Shown here in pieces: positions 26,201 to 50,152 of a DNA stretch of 64,000 nucleotides. The notes beneath the pieces were generated by a model. It had not been told where the DNA came from, made no database searches, and worked only from the letters and a program-made list of their open reading frames with translations. Source of the stretch: the human T2T-CHM13v2.0 reference genome, Homo sapiens; the NCBI RefSeq assembly GCF_009914755.1, contig NC_060947.1, one strand, 5' to 3'. Each line of letters begins with the position of its first letter. The first letter of the stretch is position 1. Position numbers and translations under genes: made by a program.

Positions 26201-27222
26201 AAAATGAATAAAAACTATGATGACTTAAAGTTCCTTTAGTAATTATCTATAATCATACAAGGTAAGGAGATATGAGTTTGGTTGCTATGAACCAGGTAGT
26301 GGTTGCCACAGACATGTCAGTACCGTGACAACCATTATTAGGACATTGCCATAGCTTTTATAAATGGACAACCTAAGCTGTGTTAATCTGACAAGAAGGC
26401 TAGAAAGCTCAATGCGTCTTCCTATTACTCTGCATATCTTATGTCTTCCATCCAAAAAGAATCAACTTATCAGATAAATAACCACCTCATGGTAAGCAAA
26501 ATATGTCACTATCTTCATTTTACAGATAAGAAATTTGGAAATGGTAGGTTTAGTTGAGGTGATTTCACTTCAGGCTACCCAGAAGAGGCACTAGAAATAA
26601 AGGATCAGTCCAGCAATCCCTAATTCAATCATTTTCCCAGTTGGGTTTTCATACCTACCCTTCCTTATAAAGGAAGAACTTGTGTGATGCCAATTTGACA
26701 CTTCTTGGTGGCACTGACAAACACAGAGAGCCTGACATCAAGTTAGAAGGCTCTGCCAATTATTAGGAAACAGACATGAAGCGGTTACTGGCCTCTTCTC
26801 CAAGGGAGATGGCTATCAAGGAACCCAGACAATTAGGCTCTGATGTTTCAGGCTCCTGGTCATATCAGCTTCATGTGCAAAACTGGAGTAAGGCTGGTTT
26901 TGATCACAGGCCATATATAAAGTTTCTTTTTTGTCTGGCATAAGCCAGAGCCATTCTCCAGGAGGTCCTTATGGGAAACCTAATGATCTCCTAGGGTCTG
27001 AGCTGTGCTATAAGAAATGCTATGAAATGTTAGTATTTTGGAATGGCAACTCTCCAGAACAGTAAATGACTGGATGACTCTGCAGAACCCTGATAAATTA
27101 TCCATTGATAAGCTGGCACATAAACTGTGCTCATCAGATAGCTAAGCAAAGCCCATCGAAGCATTAACTGAAGTACTTTGCTAACCCAACCAGGGCTTCC
27201 TCCAATTTTGGGCTTCAACATA

Positions 27223-27453
27223 CAGTCGTCCCTCAGTAAACTCGGGGGAAATGGGTTCCTGAACCCCCTCATATACCAAAATCTGTGCATTCTCAAATCC
27301 TGCAGTTGGCACTGCGAAACCCATGTATATGAAAAGTTAGCCCTGCATATACGTGGGTTTCACATTCACAAATATCCTCATTTGGTTGAAAAAAAAAAAG
27401 CCTGGTATAAGTAGACTCATGCAGTTCAAACCCATGTTGTTCAAGGGTCAACC
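27223..27453 (+). mobile_element. MER2-like Tigger DNA transposon
   Basis: TA|CAGTCGTCCCTC start and TTCAAGGGTCAAC end. Confidence 0.7.
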
Positions 27454-27454
27454 A

Positions 27455-27750
27455 TAATTAGTCATTAGGAAAATGTAAATTGAAACCACAATGAAATACC
27501 TACCTCACACCCACTAGGATAGCTGTAAACAAAAAACAAGCATTACTGGTGGGAATGTAAGATGTTGTAGCCACTTTGCAAAACAGTCTGGCAGTTCTTC
27601 AAGAGGTTAAATATAGATTTATTATATAACCCAGCAGTAATACTCCTAGGTATATACCCAAGAGAAAAGAAAACATATCCACACAAAAACTTATATACAA
27701 ATGTTTATAGCAGCATTATTCATAACAGCCAAAAAGTAGAAACAATCCAC
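27455..27750 (+). mobile_element. L1MB fragment
   Basis: CTCCTAGGTATATACCCAAGAGAA...AGCAGCATTATTCATAA. Confidence 0.7.
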
Positions 27751-28925
27751 TTTCCAAGGATGAACCTTGAAGTGATTGCCTAAATTATCCTTTTTACTTA
27801 GGCATTCACTTCCAAATCCAGCTGCGCATTGACATCACCTGGGAAGCTTATGCAGCTCCCTGGCAATCTTTGAGGATGGGATACCTGGATTAATGTTTGA
27901 ATCCAGACTAGACGATCTCTAAGGTCCCTGATAGCCCCAAAACTTGTATAAAATCTCTAATAGTGGGTCACCAATGCCCACATCTTTGAAGAAGAGACAT
28001 TATTGGTACTTGGAACAGGTCTCCCGATAGGTCCGTCTAGAAGCCTAAGTTGGTTCTTCTCTTAGGCATCATCCCAACCTCCGCAAGGTTGAATAAACAT
28101 ATTCTTAACAAGGATGAACTATGGCTGAAGGGATAGGTCACATCTGATTATGTCTGTGTAGTCTGCTATACTAAGAAATCACCCCATTTTGAAGAAAGTT
28201 ACTCATTAGCACAGAACTTGTCACTGCAGTTGAGAATAACCAGTTCCTCCTTCTATGACATTTTTTTTTTTTAAATGAAATTTTTCAAAATAACTTTAAT
28301 AACCACTTTTACACTGAGCAGAATATGTCTCTCATTCTCTCAAAAATGGTCAGGAGATAATTTTTTCATTTATGAGTTTCTATTGCAGCTTTCATTTTCT
28401 TTTTTTTTTTTTTTTAATTTATTTTTTTATTGATAATTCTTGGGTGTTTCTCACAGAGGGGGATTTGGCAGGGTCATGGGACAATAGTGGAGGGAAGGTC
28501 AGCAGATAAACAAGTGAACAAAGGTCTCTGGTTTTCCTAGGCAGAGGACCCTGCGGCCTTCCGCAGTGTTTGTGTCCCTGATTACTTGAGATTAGGGATT
28601 GGTGATGACTCTTAACGAGCATGCTGCCTTCAAGCATCTGTTTAACAAAGCACATCTTGCACCGCCCTTAATCCATTTAACCCTGAGTGGACACAGCACA
28701 TGTTTCAGAGAGCACAGGGTTGGGGGTAAGGTCACAGATCAACAGGATCCCAAGGCAGAGGAATTTTTCTTAGTGCAGAACAAAATGAAAAGTCTCCCAT
28801 GTCTACTTCTTTCTACACAGACACGGCAACCATCCGATTTCTCAATCTTTTCCCCACCTTTCCCGCCTTTCTATTCCACAAAGCCGCCATTGTCATCCTG
28901 GCCCGTTCTCAATGAGCTGTTGGGC

Positions 28926-30780
28926 TCACCTCCCAGACGGGGTGGTGGCCGGGCAGAGGGGCTCCTCACTTCCCAGTAGGGGGGGCCGGGCAGAGGCGCC
29001 CCTCACCTCCCGGACGGGGCGGCTGGCCGGGCGGGGGGCTGACCCCCCAACCTCCCTCCCGGACGGGGCGGCTGGCCGGGCAGAGGGGCTCCTCACTTCC
29101 CAGTAGGGGCGGCTGGGCAGAGGCGCCCCTCACCTCCCAGACGGGGCGGCTGGCCGGGCAGGGGGGCTGACCCCCCCCACCTCCCTCCCGGACGGGGCGG
29201 CTGGCCGGGCGGGGGACTGACACCCCCACCTCCCTCCCGGACGGGGCGGCTGGCCGGGCAGAGGGGCTCCTCACTTCCCAGTAGGGGTGGCCGGGCAGAG
29301 GCGCCCCTCACCTCCCGGACGGGGCGGCTGGCCGGGCGGGGGGGCTGACCCCCCCCCACCTCCCTCCCGGACGGGGCGGCTGGCCGGGCGGGGGGCTGAC
29401 CCCCCCACCTCCCTCCCGGACGGGGCGGCTGGCCGGGCAGAGGGGCTCCTCACTTCCCAGTAGGGGCGGCCGGGCAGAGGTGCCCCTCACCTCCCGGACG
29501 GGGCGGCTGGCCGGGCGGGGGGGCTGACCCCCCCACCTCCCTCCCAGACGGGGCGGCTGGCCGGGTGGGGGGCTGACCCCCCCACCTCCCTCCCGGACGG
29601 GGCGGCTGGCCGGGCAGAGGGGCTCCTCACTTCCCAGTAGGGGCGGCCGGGCAGAGGCGCCCCTCACCTCCCGGACGGGGCGGCTGGCCGGGCAGGGGGG
29701 CTGACACCCCCCCCCACCTCCCTCCCGGACGGGGCGGCTGGCCGGGCGGGGGGCCGACCCCCCCACCTCCCTCCCGGACGGGGCGGCTGGCCGGGCAGAG
29801 GGGCTCCTCACTTCCCAGTAGGGGCGGCTGGGCAGAGGCGCCCCTCACCTCCCAGACGGGGCGGCTGGCCGGGCGGAGGGCTGACCCCCCCACCTCCCTC
29901 CCGGACGGGGCGGCTGGCCAGGCGGGGGGCTAACCCCCCCACCTCCCTCCCAGACGGGGCGGCTGGCCGGGTGGGAGGGCTGACCCCCCCATCTCCCTCC
30001 CGGACGGGGTGGCTGGCCGGGCTGAGGGGCTCCTCACTTCCCAGTAGGGGCGGCCGGGCAGAGGCGCCCCTCACCTCCCGGACGGGGCGGCTGGCCGGGC
30101 GGGGGGCTGACCCCCCCCACCTCCCTCCCGGACGGCACGGCTGGCCAGGCGGGGGGCTGACCCCCCCACCTCCCTCCCGGACGGCGCGGCTGGCCAGGCG
30201 GGGGGCTGACCCCTCCACCTCCCTCCCGGATGGGGCGGCTGGCCGGGCGGGGGGCTGACCCCCCCACCTCCCTCCCGGATGGGGCGGCTGGCCGGGCGGG
30301 GGGCTGACCCCCCCCCACCTCCCTCCCGGACGGGGTGGCTGCCGGGCGGAGACGCTCCTCACTTCCCAGATGGGGTGGCTGCCGGGCGGAGAGGCTCCTC
30401 ACTTCTCAGACGGGGCAGCTGCCGGGCGGAGGGGCTCCTCACTTCTCAGACGGGGCGGCCGGGCAGAGATGCTCCTCACCTCCCAGACGGGGTCTCGGCC
30501 GGGCAGAGGCGCTCCTCACATCCCAGATGGGGCGGCGGGGCAGAGGCGCTCCCCACATCTCAGACGATGGGCGGCCAGGCAGAGACGCTCCTCACTTCCT
30601 AGATGTGATGGCGGCTGGGAAGAGGCGCTCCTCACTTCCTAGATGGGATGGCGGCCGGGCGGAGACGCTCCTCACTTTCCAGACTGGGCAGCCAGGCAGA
30701 GGGGCTCCTCACATCCCAGACGATGGGCGGCCAGGCAGAGACACTCCTCACTTCCCAGACGGGGTGGCGGCCGGGCAGAG
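28926..30780 (-). repeat. SVA GC-rich VNTR (~1.85 kb)
   Basis: Tandem ~35-50 nt units such as CCTCCCGGACGGGGCGGCTGGCCGGGC. Confidence 0.95.
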
Positions 30781-30818
30781 GCTGCAATCTCGGTACTTTG
30801 GGAGGCCAAGGCAGGCGG

Positions 30819-30965
30819 CTGCTCCTTGCCCTCGGGCCCCGCGGGGCCCGTCCGCTCCTCCAGCCGCTGCCTCCCGGGCGGCGCTCGCCGGCGCGGCGGC
30901 AAAGACTGAGACAGCTCCGCTGCCCGCTGAACTCCATCCTCCCGGCGGTCGGGCGGCGGCGGCTG
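30819..30965 (-). other. MAST2 exon-1-derived CpG-rich segment spliced to the SVA
   Basis: Translates QPPPPDRREDGVQRAAELSQSLPPRRRAPPGRQRLEERTGPAGPEGKEQ (MAST2 N-terminus), joined at GAGCAG|CCGCCTGCC. Confidence 0.93.
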
Positions 30966-31143
30966 CCTTCTATGACATTTATAGACACAGTTGGATAGAA
31001 TGAAGTAATAGACTTCTAACAATCCCAGGCTTTCTGTTTATCAGCACCTGTTTAGTCATAAGCTGACTAAAGGCTCAGTGTTTATAACAGGACTTACTTC
31101 TTATTTTCTTTCTTCTCTTAATATTTAAGAACTAAGATGAATC

Positions 31144-31202
31144 ATGTTCCGGCTTTTGTCCTCCTGCTGCTCTTGCCTAAGGACAACAGAAGAGACACGA
31201 AG
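31144..31202 (+). CDS. ARL13A: ARL13A first coding exon (MFRLLSSCCSCLRTTEETRR); exon starts ~31130
   Basis: Pyrimidine tract plus AG at 31128-29, ATG at 31144, donor AG|GTAAT at 31203; N-terminal CC motif like ARL13B; ends phase 2. Confidence 0.93.
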
Positions 31203-31374
31203 GTAATATTACAATTATTTCCCTAGGCCTATTCCACTATTTCCTCCCACAAATCTGCCCATAGTCCCTCAAGGGACAAATCTTCATAATATATATTGTT
31301 AGGTGAAGTGATTAAGCAGTGTTTGTAAGATTGGGGGCAGGGTTGAGGAGGGATGGCCAATTGTACAAGGTTAA

Positions 31375-31728
<354 letters not shown>

Positions 31729-31782
31729 TAGCATTACTTCATGGCCCTCAATTTCCCTCTTTTTGTGCATAAACACCTCCTA

Positions 31783-31860
31783 ACACACACGCACACACAC
31801 ACATACTCTATCTCTCTCTGTCTCTCTCTCTCTCTCTCCCCCTTCCCTCCCTCCCTTCCC
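31783..31860. repeat. Compound (CA)n/(CT)n microsatellite
   Basis: Seen directly. Confidence 0.85.
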
Positions 31861-32389
31861 CACATTACATAAACAGCCTGTTTATGTAATGTCTGTCACC
31901 TGCTCCCTTTACAAGATATCCTAATTGAAAGTCCTTTCATAGGGTCAGTAGGCGTGAGTTCAAACTACGTAAAGCATTGCAGTCAATTATGAAGGATAGC
32001 ATGTTTGAAATGATGTCTAGTTTCAGGGCTCAATTAAAGTGGAATTTGGTCTAGATAAGAGAGACAAGTGTGGGATGATAAAGAAGTTTAATAACATGAA
32101 ATTCTGTGACAGCTAATATAGAGAGTTGGAGCTTGAGAAATGTCGTCAGTTCCGATATGTCCAAGTTTAATACCAGGTCTCTAGTTCAGTATCTTGACAT
32201 TTCAAGAAGCAGTTACACAGAATTTCAGAAAGCTACTACACTACTTATTAAGGACCAATCAAAGAAGCCAGCACTGTCTGTCACAGGATGCCCTCCATCC
32301 ATGTTTATTGGATAAATGAAGTAGTATGATGACGTGGTTGAGTTTTAGCTAACCTGGCATCCCTGAACAAAAAAAGCTAACCTGACTCC

Positions 32390-41879
<9,490 letters not shown>

Positions 41880-43055
41880 AAGACTACCGTTTTCAACTCC
41901 ATTTCTATGGGAGTTGAATGAGGTATGGAATTCCCTATGAGATTTTGTGTTCTGGCTATAGCTTTTCAAAGGAAAATGTGTCTAAGTCTAGCATGGTTTC
42001 TTGGAAGAGATATGTGGGAGACAACTTCATACCCTCATCTACAGTAACAACCACCATAAACATTTATTGAACACCTACTGTGTGTAAGGTAATACAGACA
42101 TCCTCCCTCATATAGCTTACGTTTTAGTTGGAGAGACAAAGCAAGCACAAAAAGAGGTGAAGGACCAGCTCAACAGACCATGTGCTCAACAAGAAAGAGA
42201 GAGAGAAGTGAGAAGTGGACAGACCAGAGAAGTCTTCCTAAACAGTACTTGAGCTGGGTATTGAAGGGTGGGAGAGAAGGACCTCCTGTTCATTCATTCA
42301 TTTATCAGATTAATCCAATAATGAATGTGCTTGGCATCATGAATGTAATGGTGAATAAATTTCAATAAAATTGAAAGGGTTCCTGTCCTGTTGCAGTTTA
42401 CAACCCAGATAAATAAACCATAGAATTTACAACACTGTAATATGTGCTATGACAATGGTAAACTCAGAAGAAAGGTACCTTATCCAGATGGCTGGTGTGT
42501 GGGAAAACTCCAGAATAAACAAGATCAAAATTGACATTTTGAAAAATAGGCATTAACTAAGCAAAGAGTAGAAGTGTTCTAGGCAGAGAGAATGGCATCT
42601 TGTAACATCCCAGGGCAAGAGAGAGCAAGACATTGATGTAGAGTGGGAGAAGTAAGGGCAAAGGAGCCAAGGGAAGAACAGATTGGGTATGTACTAGGGA
42701 CAGTGTGGACACTTGTCAGGTTACAGCGCTAGGAGATAGGTCTGGCAGGTTAGGAGGTGAAGGAGTCTGTATTATCTCTGGAAGCAGTGGACACTCACTA
42801 AAGGTTACTGAGCCAGGAGAGGATAGCATGGGTAAAGCGATGATTTAGGAAGATAGCCCCCAAGTATGGGCAGGGTGGCAGGATGCTTCAGTGGGATTTC
42901 TCAGAGCAGGCTCTAGTCAGGGTTCAACAAATTATTTGATCTAACTATATTTCCCTACTTTGTGATTGCTTTTCCTCTCTTCCCCTCTGCATAGTACTTC
43001 CCAGCAGGATAGACAACTGCATGAAATCGGAACCGACTCTACTCCTGTTAGATGA

Positions 43056-43358
<303 letters not shown>

Positions 43359-44063
43359 TAAGATTCTGCCTTTCTGTCCTATTTCTGCTTCCCAATTTGT
43401 ACCCTTAAAAGTATAGAAATGAAGGGTGGGGTGGTCCCTTTGTCACACCCAGCTAGGCCTCCTGTTCCCTTAGGCTCAGTGAGGTAGAGCGGCCCAATTT
43501 TCTGAGGTTTGTTCTCAAGAGCTACTTTCTACCACACACTGCCATGGGGGACAAGTTACCTAACTGTACAAAGGTAATTTTGAAGGGAAGCATCAAAGGG
43601 AAATGAAAAGTGGTATCCACCACCTCCACCCCTTGACTCTTCCTGAAGACTATCTTCCTGAATTTGCTTATCATCTTTTCTGGTTTCGGTCTCTGATCCT
43701 GAAACCTCATGATAGCAGAGAACTCCTATCTTGTATAATTGATGCCAATGACCTCCTCTCTGATCAGATTGCTCAAAAGTTACATAACTAGCACTTATTC
43801 CAGGGTGATAATGCAGGTGGCCAGTCAATTCTCATCCCCGCCCCCATCTCCCTTTATGCTTCTTTCATTCCTCATTAGCAACCCCAACTAGAGCATGAAC
43901 AGAGTTTGGGAAAGGATGTAAAAACTCCAAATATGTTCATAGCCCAGTTAGCAATTCTAATTAAAGTTTGATAGCATAATGTAGGGGAAGTGAGAAATGA
44001 GCCCTGGGGGGACTATCTTGGATTCAAATGATTTGTGCTATACTTTCCATCATTGGAAGTTGA

Positions 44064-44678
<615 letters not shown>

Positions 44679-44764
44679 TGAATGCTGTGTGTCTCCTAGA
44701 AGTCTCAGAGCCTCTCTAGGCATAGCAGAGTTTATGTGTTCCTTCACTCTTTGAATAAGAGTGA

Positions 44765-45001
<237 letters not shown>

Positions 45002-45574
45002 TGAGATGCCGCTATGAGATTTGCTGATAAGAAAAGCTGCAGGGATCAGTCTTTCTCACGAGCAAGGAGTTCTGGGAGGTGCTTGGATCCTGGGTGGCAT
45101 TGAGCAAGTCTCTTGATATCATTGGCTCAAATGGGGCTAGGGCAGTGCCCACCAACACTCCAACATTGTTAGGTATACCCCATCCCTGGCATAACTTGAG
45201 TGGTCATATGAGGGGAATGATTTTCATAAAGGTAAGCCAACCTATCAGCATTAGAGCTTCCCCAAAACAGGGTTTCTAATATCTGATTTGCCATGTGGAG
45301 GAGAAAAGGAACATGAGCCCCTTAAGGAGCCTACTGGCATTATTCTATGGATAAATGCCATGAACCTACTCAATATTCTCAGCCTCTAGTTCTATAATCC
45401 TCCCAATAATGAGGAATGATGGGAGAGGACAGAAATGTTGAAAAGACGAAAAAGAAAAAGAAAATAGGAGGTGATCAGAGTTTTGAGGAGCAAAAGGCCT
45501 AAACATCCTCTTGCTCTGTTGTCACTTTCATTGCCCAAAGGCATATGGCAGGGATGGGGTAGTAGCTGCATTAG

Positions 45575-45947
<373 letters not shown>

Positions 45948-46266
45948 AGGAGTGGCTTATAGACTCCAGCTCCATATGCTGATGACAATATTTTTGAAGG
46001 TAATGCTGGATCAGTGGTTAGAGAAGAAAATTTACATAGGCCTTCCCTAACAATTTCTACAATAGTATTCCAATTTTGAGCCTGAATTTCTTTCCTCACT
46101 CTATGGTTGGTGATTAGGAGAAAAGCACCTTCCTGTAGGAAGGGTGCTTGGGTACCATCTTCTGGTAGTCCAGCATGATGCCCCAGCACTGGTTGACATA
46201 AGATCTTTAGATGGCTATAGGGTTATCTTAAAGTTTATTATTCCAGTGGTGAAAGTACAAGAACTT

Positions 46267-46318
46267 TATATATATATGAGATAATATATCTCATATATAT
46301 ATATATATATATATATAT
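46267..46318. repeat. (TA)n microsatellite with an embedded inverted repeat
   Basis: Seen directly. Confidence 0.85.
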
Positions 46319-46766
46319 CAAGAATTTAAAAACATGAATACACTATGAACCAGTAATCTCAATTCTTGAGCTGTCTCCAAGGATAATTACGCAAGTACCC
46401 AAAAAACGATGCTCAAGGATGTTTAATCACAGCACTGTGTACAATAAGTAAAAGTAGGAAACATCCTATATGTCCAACAATGGAGAATGGCTAAATAAAT
46501 TAGGATGCATCTATGCCATGGAATACTATGCATACATTAAAAAGGCTAATGTGGACTTATATTTACTGACATGGAAAGTTTTCCACAACCTGGCATTTTT
46601 GTTAGGGAAAATAGCAAGTTAGAATACAGCACGTATAGCACGATACATATACAGATATAGAAATACCTGGAGGAATATCACTGAAAGATACTAGGTGGTT
46701 GTGAGATGTAAAAGGCCAAGGTGCCTTTCCTTTGGATTTTTGTTTTATTAGAAATTTTCTCTTTTT

Positions 46767-47075
<309 letters not shown>

Positions 47076-47998
47076 TTATAATAAGCAGATATCACTTCTC
47101 CCAATACAAAAATAAGCTATGAGGGCTTAAAGGCTGTAGTTACTGGCCACTCATTCTCAGTATTCCTTAGCACCTCAGTCTCCAAGATTGTCAACTGTCA
47201 ATATTATAATGTCATCTCAGCTCTGAAAGGGACATGGCCTTTTATATCCCTGGCTACCTTGGAGCTTTGGGTTGTCACACCTACATGGAGGGGCTTGGAC
47301 TTGGCCTGGGCCACTAACAAGGAGACAGACACTGCTCTGGGGACAAGGGGTGAGGATGAGAGCAGAGAGTAGAGCGGAAGGAAGTGGTAGAAGAGGAAGT
47401 GTTTTTTTAGATAACTACCCCTAAATCTTTGTCCAAAATTTAAATCCATTTTCCTTTCTATAACTCCAGAACTTATGGCAAAAAAGAGAATGGATACCTG
47501 GGACACAGATAAGATGTTACTGGAAAATTCCTGTGAAGAAGCCTTTGGTTCCTATAGTTAATACTACTTAAATGAAGGGCAGAGGGGAGAGAGCAAGAGT
47601 GAGAGAAAGTACGAGGCCAGGGCAGAGGATGGGCACCTCATGGGGTGCAGTCTATACCCTGTTGGAAACTGGCCAATACCCTCCTACCATGAAATGGTCT
47701 GGGAAGGACAGGAAGCCTGGCACTTGGCTTCACTTACAATAACTGACCTTTTTCTCTTTTTACTTTCAACAGAGAAAGTAAAAGAAAGTAACAGAGAAAG
47801 TAAAGAGAAAAACAGAGGGAAACCAAAAGAAACAGTTGATATCCCTCCCTTAGCAAACAGGTTCATCTCCAGAACTATCAGGACTACCCGGTTTTTAAAT
47901 TTCCATTTGATAATATTTCTACACTCCCCATACAACTCCACCTACTCTAATATCACATCCCTGAGAACCCCTGTTGTTCCTGTATATCTATATTCTAG

Positions 47999-48025
47999 CC
48001 ATCAAATCAATCCTATACTCACTGA
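47999..48025 (+). CDS. ARL13A: ARL13A alternative last exon, 256-aa form (PSNQSYTH*)
   Basis: Acceptor ttctag at 47997-98; a phase-0 join from 45724 adds 8 codons plus TGA; AATAAA downstream. Confidence 0.7.
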   Translation, partial: PSNQSYTH

Positions 48026-48242
48026 GAGGCTCAAGAAGAGTGAGATGGCATCCGTTGAGAATGAAGACCACCTTGGTAAAAAAGAACAGAGACTTTACAT
48101 CTTTGTACCGAGATGCTGCTGACAAAGCTTGTGGACAATAAGTCATGGGTGATCAACCAAAACTGAGCCTTAGAAATACAGGGTTCATTTAGAAATAAGT
48201 ATTTTTTTCTTTAAGGTTCTTAGGCAGAAAAGGATTGGCAAA

Positions 48243-48248
48243 AATAAA
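48243..48248 (+). promoter_or_regulatory. Probable ARL13A polyadenylation signal
   Basis: AATAAA about 245 nt into the last exon, followed by T-rich sequence. Confidence 0.55.
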
Positions 48249-48507
48249 TAGAACTTCTTTGCTGAGAATTATGCTCTACTGAATCATTTTCAGTCATACC
48301 TCCATAAACAACTTTGTTTTAAAGCCCCAGACACTGTCTGTGAAGCCCAGAACAATTGCTTTGCTGTCCCTTCAGGAACAGCAACTGCTGCCTCTACCAA
48401 CAATTTGGTTAGCTATGCAAAAAAATGTAGGCACTTGAATGCATTGATCCCTCTATCCCAAGGGTGGCAGTGGTAGTGGTAGTAGTTATTTACCATTACT
48501 ACTACTA

Positions 48508-48739
48508 TAGGTTGAGTATCCCTTATCTGAAATGCTTGGGACCAAAAGCATTTCAGATTTCAGATTTATTTTCATTTATGAATATTTGCATTATATGTAC
48601 TTACTGGTTGAGCATCCCTAATCCAAAAATCTGAAACATTCCAATGAGCATGTCCTTGAGTGTCATGTCAGGACTCCAAAAGTTTCTAATTTTAGAAGAT
48701 TTTGGATTTTGGATTTTCACATTAGGGATGCTCAATCTA
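48508..48739 (+). mobile_element. Tigger4a/MER46-like DNA transposon
   Basis: Terminal inverted repeats AGGTTGAGTATCCCT and AGGGATGCTCAATCT, TA flanks. Confidence 0.75.
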
Positions 48740-48810
48740 TATTACCTTCACCATGAGCAGCACAGCCACCATTTATTGAGTGCATTCTGGATGCCAGGCA
48801 CAGTGCTAAG

Positions 48811-49124
<314 letters not shown>

Positions 49125-49271
49125 CCACAGTGCTAAATTCTTTATTTCCATTATCTTATTCACAACAACCCTTGGGGGTAAGCACTATACCTGACTGCAT
49201 TTCACAGATGAGGAAACTAAGGGGCAGAAAAGTCAAATTTGCCCAAGGTCCCACAGCCTACAAAAAGCAGA

Positions 49272-49630
49272 GCAGGATGTTCTCACTCACATGTGGGAGC
49301 TTACAAAAAAAGTGGATCTCATGAAGATAGAGAATAGACTGGCAGTTTCCAGAGGACAGGAAAGTGCGGGGCGGTGGGGGTTGGGGCGGGAGATGAAGAG
49401 GCTGATTAATGGATACATATATACAGTTTGACAGATTGGTAGGGTGACTATAATCATCTATTGTATACTTCAAAATAGCTTGAAGAGAATAACTCAAATG
49501 TTCTAGCATAAAGGCAAATATTAAAGGTGATGGATATCCCAATTACACTGATTTGATCTTCATAAATTAGATGATGTATTATCATACATACCCACAAAAT
49601 GTGTACATATATATCAATTTAGAAATTAAA
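49272..49630 (+). mobile_element. L1MA 3' end inserted in a MIR
   Basis: ATGTTCTCACTCA... 3'UTR; flanked by AAAAAGCAGAGCAGG direct repeat. Confidence 0.75.
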
Positions 49631-49744
49631 TTGAATTTTAAAATTTGGGGGTGAGGAAAAAAAAAAGCAGAGCAGGGAATTCAATCCCGATCTTTCTGAC
49701 TCTAGAGCTACTTAAAGCCAGAAAGAAAGAGAAAGCTTTATTTA

Positions 49745-50152
<408 letters not shown>

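Larger units (their letters stand above)
28249..30980 (-). mobile_element. SVA_F1 (MAST2-SVA) retrotransposon with 3' transduction, TSDs included
   Basis: TSD CCTTCTATGACATTT at 28249-63 and 30966-80; poly-T 28261-72; transduced segment 28273-~28398; second poly-T ~28400-15; SINE-R ~28416-28925; VNTR ~28926-30780; short Alu-like piece to 30818; MAST2 piece 30819-30965; no CCCTCT hexamer. Confidence 0.96.

Noticed and set aside
27000-27250. Non-coding exon 1 and transcription start of ARL13A
   Set aside because: An upstream exon is implied by the 31130 acceptor, but no start or donor can be fixed from sequence alone
28926-30780. CRISPR-like repeat array
   Set aside because: No unique spacers, eukaryotic context; it is the SVA VNTR
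28419-31022. Many long ORFs in the SVA, including 222 aa (30335-31003 +) and the MAST2-frame 116 aa (30672-31022 -)
   Set aside because: GC-rich VNTR artefacts. The MAST2-frame ORF starts at TTG because the MAST2 ATG was lost, and the 222-aa ORF starts at GTG.
47640-48122. 160-aa unspliced ORF as an independent gene
   Set aside because: Better explained as read-through across ARL13A exon-like segments and their introns
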